DNA of 64,000 bases from Candidatus Sumerlaeota bacterium. Its GTDB lineage: Bacteria; Bacillota; SLNR01. Where the stretch lies: positions 5,859 through 69,858 of the forward strand of contig SLNR01000020.1 of assembly GCA_007132905.1 (NCBI GenBank). Direction: 5' to 3'. The notes beneath the pieces were generated by a model. It was not told the DNA's origin, did no database searches, and saw only the letters and a list, made by a program, of their open reading frames with translations. How positions within the stretch are numbered: position 1 is the first letter of the stretch; the number at the start of each line of letters is the position of its first letter. This document shows positions 58,024-64,000 of the stretch, piece by piece. Made by a program: the position numbers and the translations under genes.

Positions 58024-59073
58024 CTATGGGCTGCCCATATCGATAAGGCTTTCCACATAAGGCGGATGCAGAACGCCTTTTTCGGTAATAATGGCGGTTA
58101 TAAGCTCAGAAGGAGTGATATCAAAAGCTGGATTTGCAACCTTCACTCCCCAAGGGGCGATTTTGACATTATCTATCTGGGTCACTTCGCTGCTGTTGCG
58201 CTCTTCAATGGGAATTTGTGATCCATCTGAAATGCGCAGATCAAAAGTAGAAAAGGGTGCGGCTACATAAAAAGGGATTTGATGTCGTTTTGCCAGGACC
58301 GCAAGAGTATATGTGCCAATCTTATTGGCGGTATCACCATTGGAGGCTATGCGGTCTGCTCCAACCACCACACAATGAATCTTGCCCCGGCTCATAAAAT
58401 AACCGGCCATATTATCAGTGATCAAAGTGAAGGGAATGCGCTCTTGCTGTAATTCCCAGGCGGTCAGCCGTGCACCTTGAAGAAAAGGCCTTGTTTCACA
58501 GACCATGACTGAGATATTTTTTGCACTAGCCTGCGCGGTTTTAATGACCCCCAAAGCTGTTCCATAACCGGCGGTTGCCAAAGAGCCTGTATTGCAGTAG
58601 GTCAGGATGCAGCTGTCGGGCTGGATAAGTTCAGAACCATATTCAGCCAGCCTCATGTTTGTTTTTATATCATCCTCCATCAGGGAAAGAGCCTTTCTTT
58701 CAAATAGCTGTTCGAGGTGATCTGTTGAAAAAGAATCTTTTTGGGCACAGTAAAGCATCTTATTTACTGCCCAGGCGAGATTGGCGGCGGTTGGTCGGGC
58801 CGATCTTAGTACAGCGGCGGCTTCTCTGAGTGCCTCTTCCAGAGTTTGTTCCAATATCTCTTTTTCTTTTTGTTTCTTAAGAAAAGAGTTGAATGCCAAG
58901 ACCATGCCGAAAGCGGCCGCGACACCGATTGCCGGTGCACCCCGCACTTTCATGGACCGTATTGCTTGCGCCACATCAAGATGGGTCTGGCAGACATGAT
59001 ATTCTTTTTTGTGCGGCAGTAAAGTTTGATCTAGCAACTCAAGACGGTTATTCTTCCAAAGAATTGGTTTCAT
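58024..59073 (-). CDS. mtnA: S-methyl-5-thioribose-1-phosphate isomerase
   Basis: LDQTLLP, VRGAPAIG, RPTA.NL, CNTGSLAT, ETRP..QG.RLT, GDTANKIGT, NPAFD.TP. Confidence 0.96.
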   Translation of the reverse strand: MKPILWKNNRLELLDQTLLPHKKEYHVCQTHLDVAQAIRSMKVRGAPAIGVAAAFGMVLAFNSFLKKQKEKEILEQTLEEALREAAAVLRSARPTAANLAWAVNKMLYCAQKDSFSTDHLEQLFERKALSLMEDDIKTNMRLAEYGSELIQPDSCILTYCNTGSLATAGYGTALGVIKTAQASAKNISVMVCETRPFLQGARLTAWELQQERIPFTLITDNMAGYFMSRGKIHCVVVGADRIASNGDTANKIGTYTLAVLAKRHQIPFYVAAPFSTFDLRISDGSQIPIEERNSSEVTQIDNVKIAPWGVKVANPAFDITPSELITAIITEKGVLHPPYVESLIDMGSP

Positions 59074-59198
59074 ATTTCCACTCCTGACCTGTTGCCAATG
59101 GATGTATAGTCATCAAACTCTCGTTTTACCGTCATATAAAAGAAAGGTGCTCACAGGGCAGTAAAAGAGACCTTTTTCATTTAGGTGACAGTAAAACA

Positions 59199-60005
59199 TT
59201 AAGACCGGCCTGCTTCGAGGGCTGTTGCGCACAAGCATTTCCTTTTGCAATCAACCGGAGTTTTTTGAATCACGTGAAAAAGCAGGGATTTGACCTTTTC
59301 GAGATTATCGTTAAAAACTTGGATAACTTCACTGTGTGTGACGGGCGTGATATGAGGATCATCCTCTAACCCTGCGTCATAGTCGGTAATCAAGGCGATG
59401 TTCGCATAGCAGATATTTAACTCTCTGGCCAGCACGCATTCGGGATACTGGGTCATGTTGATGACTTCCCAACCCATTTTGCTAAACCAGCGGCTTTCCG
59501 CCTTCGTCGAAAAGCGCGGTCCCTGGATGACCACCACCGTTCCCTGCTGGTGCGCCGGGATGTCAAGTTCTAATGCACAATCATAAGCGAGGGCGCGAAG
59601 TTCGGGACAATAGGGTTCTGCAGCTGATATATGAGTAGTGATCGGTCCATGGTAAAATGTATCGGTTCGCCCTTTTGTCCTGTCAATAAACTGATCAGAA
59701 ATAACAAAATCACCGGGCTTAATATGAGGTTGAAGGCTGCCGGCTGCAGTAGGGGCATAAATTTTTTTCACCCCGAGCTGCTGCATTGCGTACAAGTTAG
59801 CTTGGTAGTTGATCATATGAGGAGGAAGGCGATGGTCTTTGCCGTGGCGGGGAAGAAAAGCGACTTTTTTCCCTTCCACCTCGGCAATGGCGACTTTGTC
59901 ACTAGGCGGTCCATAAGGAGTTTCTATGGCGAATTCCTGGACACCATCAAGAAAAGAATAAAAGCCAGAGCCTCCGAAAACGCCAACATCGGCCTTTTGA
60001 TGCAT
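59199..60005 (-). CDS. mtnP: S-methyl-5'-thioadenosine phosphorylase
   Basis: GGSG.Y, TPYG.PS, PRHG..H, GPRFSTKAES, NMT, TDYD. Confidence 0.92.
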   Translation of the reverse strand: MHQKADVGVFGGSGFYSFLDGVQEFAIETPYGPPSDKVAIAEVEGKKVAFLPRHGKDHRLPPHMINYQANLYAMQQLGVKKIYAPTAAGSLQPHIKPGDFVISDQFIDRTKGRTDTFYHGPITTHISAAEPYCPELRALAYDCALELDIPAHQQGTVVVIQGPRFSTKAESRWFSKMGWEVINMTQYPECVLARELNICYANIALITDYDAGLEDDPHITPVTHSEVIQVFNDNLEKVKSLLFHVIQKTPVDCKRKCLCATALEAGRS

Positions 60006-60100
60006 CCTATTTCACGCCTTTCTTATTAGGGTCTTATATCATTTTCTGGACAAAAGGGATAAAATCCTGCTGTGAAGGTGTTCTGATTCACACAATCTGT

Positions 60101-60230
60101 GCCTTCAAGCTAAAAGAGGCCTTCATAAAAAAGCTTTTAAAAGAGATGCATAAGCACAAAGAACAGATTCTTGGATGATAGACCGCCGATCCTATGGATT
60201 ACGCTAAACAGGTTATTCTTGAAAGGCTAA
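60101..60230 (+). pseudogene. Possible eroded ISL3 transposase fragment
   Basis: Colinear pieces AFKLKEAF, KHKEQIL, (frameshift) RRSYGLR*, FLK resemble ISL3 C-terminal motifs. Confidence 0.3.
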
Positions 60231-60497
60231 CATACTATGAATACATAAAGTCTAACTAAAATTTCTTTCTTCTAAGGCTGCAGGTTTACAGATAGTAAGC
60301 AAAGTAAGATCAATAATGAAAAACCAATTCTTTTTGTGTTTGAATGTGTAAAGAGGAACGGTGAAAGAATAATTTTGAAGGGTACAACCTTAAGCAGAGA
60401 AAAGATAGTAATGTGAATTCAGAAAAAAGACTGCATCACCCATGGGGAAGACAACCTTTCGTTCACAAAAACAAAATGGATAGGAGGCAGGGATCCA

Positions 60498-60794
60498 ATG
60501 AGCAAAAAAGAAATGTACCGTCAGAAGATGCAGGGTCAGTTGGATGAATGGAAAGCTGAGCTTGACAAATTAAAAGGGAAAACCAAACAATCCAAAGCAG
60601 AAATCAAAATGGAAGCAAAAGAAGAGATTGAGTATCTAGAAGGAAAGATTCATGAAAAGGAAAAGAAGCTCAAAGAAATAGAGATGGCCAGCGAAGATAC
60701 CAGGGAATCTTTAAAGGATGATGTCGAATCAGCTTGGGATTCCCTTAAGTCAGGCGTCGAGGAAGCGTCGTCTAAATCAAGAGATGAGCTGTGA
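60498..60794 (+). CDS. Small coiled-coil protein (stress-response-like, KxxxQLDEWKAELDKL family)
   Basis: 98 aa charged coiled coil with ASED..E.LK..VESAW..LK; RBS AGGAGG. Confidence 0.75.
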   Translation: MSKKEMYRQKMQGQLDEWKAELDKLKGKTKQSKAEIKMEAKEEIEYLEGKIHEKEKKLKEIEMASEDTRESLKDDVESAWDSLKSGVEEASSKSRDEL

Positions 60795-60994
60795 TTATCA
60801 AGAAAGTCTAAAAGAAAGATAATCGCATTTTTTGAATAGACGATACAGATGTTTTTTTGGGCAGCGGAAAGAACAAGGATGGCCTTGTTTTCTAAATTGC
60901 GTGAAGCATTCATGGAATGAAAGAATTTTATGCTGATCCTGTTTGTACATAGGGTTGTAAAGATAAGTTTATCTGTTTATTGGGAGGGATGGGC

Positions 60995-61798
60995 ATGAGA
61001 AAGTGCAGGGTGGCTGCCGCACAGATGGATGTGGCCTTGGGTGATGTAGAAGCGAATTTAAAAAAGGTCCGGGAAATGATTTTGCGGTGTGCTCAAGAAG
61101 AAGTTGATTATGCTGTGCTTCCGGAAATGTGGCTGACAGGTTATGATTTTAAAAATCTGCCGGCCCTGGCTAAAGAACACAGTGCCAAAGCGCTGGAAGA
61201 AATAGCCTCATTGGCAAAAGACAATGACCTGAATATTATGGCCGGTTCTCTACCCGAATTAGACGGGGAGGATGTCTATAATACCGCCTATATGTTTAAT
61301 CGGAAAGGGGATCTGGAAACGACCTATCGCAAGATTCATCTTTTTAGCTTTACCGGAGAAGAGCGGTTTATCGCAGGTGGAGATAAACTACCAGATTTGG
61401 TCAAGTCAAAAGATAGCCATTATGGCGTAACCATATGTTATGATGTCCGCTTTCCCGAAATCTACCGACCTTTGGGCATACAAGGTGCTGAAATTATTTT
61501 TGTTCCGGCCCAGCTGCCCCATCCGAGGTTGAATCATTGGAGGATTCTACTTCAGGCCAGAGCGATAGAAAACCAGGCCTTTGTAGTCGGATGCAACCGG
61601 GTTGGCAAATTCAAAAAACTTGAATATTTCGGGCATTCCATGTTGATTGACCCTTGGGGAGAGATCTTAGCTGAGGGAGAGGAAGAAGAAGGGCTCATCA
61701 CGGCCGACTTTGATTTAGATCAAGCCGTCAATGTCAGAGAAAAGATGACGGTATATCAAGATAGGGTTCCCCAGATATATCATTCGTTCAAGGAATAA
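60995..61798 (+). CDS. Carbon-nitrogen hydrolase (omega-amidase, MtnU/YafV-like)
   Basis: LPEMW.TGY, YRKIHLF, ICYDVRFPE, ARAIENQ, G.S..IDPWG (Glu-Lys-Cys triad). Confidence 0.9.
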   Translation: MRKCRVAAAQMDVALGDVEANLKKVREMILRCAQEEVDYAVLPEMWLTGYDFKNLPALAKEHSAKALEEIASLAKDNDLNIMAGSLPELDGEDVYNTAYMFNRKGDLETTYRKIHLFSFTGEERFIAGGDKLPDLVKSKDSHYGVTICYDVRFPEIYRPLGIQGAEIIFVPAQLPHPRLNHWRILLQARAIENQAFVVGCNRVGKFKKLEYFGHSMLIDPWGEILAEGEEEEGLITADFDLDQAVNVREKMTVYQDRVPQIYHSFKE

Positions 61799-61820
61799 GC
61801 AAAACTTAAAACCAGAATAA

Positions 61821-61856
61821 ACAAAAAAAAGGTACCGTAGGGGTGCCTTTTTTTGT
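61821..61856 (+). terminator. Intrinsic terminator
   Basis: ACAAAAAAAAGGTACC-GTAGG-GGTGCCTTTTTTTGT. Confidence 0.8.
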
Positions 61857-62156
61857 TACGCTTTGCATTTGAAGTTACTCATGGTAAGATTTCTAGTAAA
61901 ACGTATCCATCTGTACAGACAGTAAAATCACATTGGTGGGAGAAGACCTTGCAAAATTGAGATTAGAGCTTTCTTGTGTGAAGAAAGAATCTCCACTATT
62001 GCAGTGAAAATAAAATAGGAAGGATCTAACAATTCGGTAGAAAGCAGATTCTTCATTGCCTAAATCTTAAAATTTACTTTTCTTTTTGCGGTGTGTTATG
62101 ATAGGATAACTACGGCACAACACAAATCAGTTCAAAATAGTGCAGGAGGTGCTTGA

Positions 62157-64000
62157 GTGGCAAAGTCCCTGGTTATTGTAGAATCCCCGGCGAAAGCGAA
62201 AACGATTGAAAGGTTTTTGGGCAAAAAGTATATGGTCAAAGCATCCATGGGCCACCTGAGAGATCTGCCTAAAAGCAAGCTGGGCATTTCTATTGAAAAC
62301 GATTTTGAGCCTAAATATATCACCATCAGAGGAAAAGGAGATATTGTAAAAGAACTTAAGGATGCAGCTAAAAAGAGCAGTAAAGTATACCTGGCAACAG
62401 ATCCGGATCGTGAAGGAGAAGCTATTTCCTGGCATTTAGCCCATCTTTTAAAGCTTGATCTGGACGCACCTTGTCGTGTCAGTATTAATGAGATTACCGA
62501 AAGTGCCGTAAAAGAAGCTTTTGAAAATATTTCGATGATTCACAAAAAAAGGGTTGATTCCCAACAGGCCCGCCGGATTTTGGATCGATTAGTGGGATAT
62601 CAACTAAGCCCGTTGTTGTGGAAGAAAATCAAAAAAGGACTCAGCGCGGGAAGGGTTCAGTCGGTGGCGGTCAGATTGGTTTATGAACGAGAGGAAGAAA
62701 TTGAGGGATTTATTGTAGAGGAGTACTGGCATATTAAAGCGGTTTTCCAAGATGAAAACGAAGAGGCCAGCCTGGAAGCAAAGCTCATTGAGATGGATGG
62801 AGAAAAGATCGATATTGCCGAAGAAAAAAAGGCCAATGAAATAGCGGATTCTGTGCAAGAACACTCTTTTAAGATACATGAAGTTAAAAAAAGAAAACGC
62901 CGCAGAAATCCTGCGTCTCCTTTTATCACGAGCACTTTTCAGCAAGAAGCATCCAGAAAACTTGGGTTCGGGGCAAGAAAAGCCATGATGCTGGCTCAAC
63001 AGCTCTATGAGGGGATTGAAATCGGAGAAAAAGGCAGAGTCGGCTTGATCACTTATATGCGGACTGATTCTACAAGGGTTTCTTCAACGGCCGTTGAGGC
63101 GGCTCGCAAGTGGATAGAAGAGAAATACGATAAAAACTACTTAGGGACGAGCTTGAAGCGAAAAAGCAGTGGAAGGCAGCAAGATGCACACGAAGCAATT
63201 CGCCCTAGTTATCCTGACCAAGAGCCAAAAGACATCAAGAAGTATCTAAGCAAAGATCAATGGAAAGTCTACAAACTGATTTGGGAAAGATTTATGGCTA
63301 GTCAAATGAGCGCAGCTGAATATGATACGGTAACCTTGGATTTAAAAGGCGGTCCATATTTGTTCAGGGTCAGCGGAAGCGTCATAAAATTTGCCGGTTT
63401 TACCGCTTTGTATATCGAGGGGTCGGATGAAGAAGAACAAGATGAGGAGCTAGAACTTCCCAAGGTTAAAAAAGGGCAGCCGATGGTTTTGGATCATGTG
63501 GAACCGACCCAGCATTACACAAAACCGCCATCGAGATATACCGAGGCCTCCTTAGTGAAAGAGATGGAAGAGAAGGGGATTGGAAGACCCAGCACTTATG
63601 CGCCGACCATTGAAACAATCCGGCAGAGAGGATATGTGTATCTAGAGGAGAAAAAATTCCATATAAGTGAACTAGGACGCATTGTTACAGACGTCCTAGT
63701 CGAATATTTTGAAGATGTTATGGATGTGACTTTTACAGCTCACATGGAGGATCAGCTAGACAAGGTTGAAGAAGGAGAGGTCACCTGGAGAGAAGTGTTG
63801 AAAGATTTTTACCAAGGTTTCGATGATGATCTGGCCCTGGCCGAAAAAGAGATGGAAGAGATAGAAATTGAAGACGAAGTCACGGATGAAGTATGTGAAA
63901 AATGTGGAGAATATCTAGTAGTGAAGTGGGGCAGATACGGGAAGTTTCTTGCTTGTCCTGGATTCCCCGACTGTCGAAACACAAAACCTTTTCATCAATA
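62157..64000 (+). CDS. topA: DNA topoisomerase I (3'-truncated by window edge; absent from the ORF track)
   Basis: GTG after AGGAGG; MAKSLVIVESPAKAKTI, ATDPDREGEAI, SAGRVQS, ITYMRTDS, AHEAIRP, GIGRPSTYA, start of Zn ribbon. Confidence 0.97.
   Translation, partial: MAKSLVIVESPAKAKTIERFLGKKYMVKASMGHLRDLPKSKLGISIENDFEPKYITIRGKGDIVKELKDAAKKSSKVYLATDPDREGEAISWHLAHLLKLDLDAPCRVSINEITESAVKEAFENISMIHKKRVDSQQARRILDRLVGYQLSPLLWKKIKKGLSAGRVQSVAVRLVYEREEEIEGFIVEEYWHIKAVFQDENEEASLEAKLIEMDGEKIDIAEEKKANEIADSVQEHSFKIHEVKKRKRRRNPASPFITSTFQQEASRKLGFGARKAMMLAQQLYEGIEIGEKGRVGLITYMRTDSTRVSSTAVEAARKWIEEKYDKNYLGTSLKRKSSGRQQDAHEAIRPSYPDQEPKDIKKYLSKDQWKVYKLIWERFMASQMSAAEYDTVTLDLKGGPYLFRVSGSVIKFAGFTALYIEGSDEEEQDEELELPKVKKGQPMVLDHVEPTQHYTKPPSRYTEASLVKEMEEKGIGRPSTYAPTIETIRQRGYVYLEEKKFHISELGRIVTDVLVEYFEDVMDVTFTAHMEDQLDKVEEGEVTWREVLKDFYQGFDDDLALAEKEMEEIEIEDEVTDEVCEKCGEYLVVKWGRYGKFLACPGFPDCRNTKPFHQ

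Noticed and set aside
60006..60497. SAM (S-box) riboswitch upstream of mtnP
   Set aside because: No AUC..GAG / GCAACC / GUGC core on the minus strand.
1..64000. Many short antisense or overlapping ORFs in the track (e.g. 167-478, 11955-12332, 15658-16086, 17286-17717, 29344-30036, 62127-62999)
   Set aside because: They shadow well-supported genes on the other strand or frame and show no family motifs; 62127-62999 are antisense to topA.
1..64000. tRNA, rRNA, CRISPR array, prophage or defence genes
   Set aside because: No cloverleafs, rRNA-like tracts, spaced repeats, integrases or defence motifs were seen in any intergenic region or ORF.

Overview
Core chromosome segment of an anaerobic Bacillota (Clostridia-like) bacterium. 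The conserved backbone is rpe-rpmB-yloU-fakA ... recG-rsmD-coaD-tmcAL-ackA-yceD-rpmF-fapR-plsX-fabHDG-acpP-fabF-rnc-smc-ftsY ... ylxM-ffh-rpsP-khpA-rimM-trmD-rplS-lepB-rbgA-rnhB ... topA (partial). Accessory blocks interrupt it in four places. (i) A ferredoxin/aldehyde:ferredoxin oxidoreductase/MoaD-ThiS module sits between the two fatty-acid-kinase genes (fakA and degV). (ii) An nfeD-stomatin pair sits where pta often lies. (iii) A ~9 kb block between ftsY and ylxM encodes a class-III PLP enzyme, an intact sucC/sucD-like pair that lacks the succinyl-CoA synthetase catalytic motifs, a D-aminoacylase, a glutaredoxin, a DUF885-like protein and IS scars. (iv) A ~15 kb block between rnhB and topA encodes a stand-alone CodY, DUF3343/cysteine desulfurase, Acd-EtfB-ferredoxin-EtfA, amidohydrolases and mtnP-mtnA. 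The most novel candidates are the pseudo-SucCD/D-aminoacylase unit, the AOR-inside-fakAB operon, and a chemoreceptor with a C-terminal cytoplasmic Cache module. No rRNA, tRNA or CRISPR array was seen. All assignments come from motif recognition by eye; no database searches were run.
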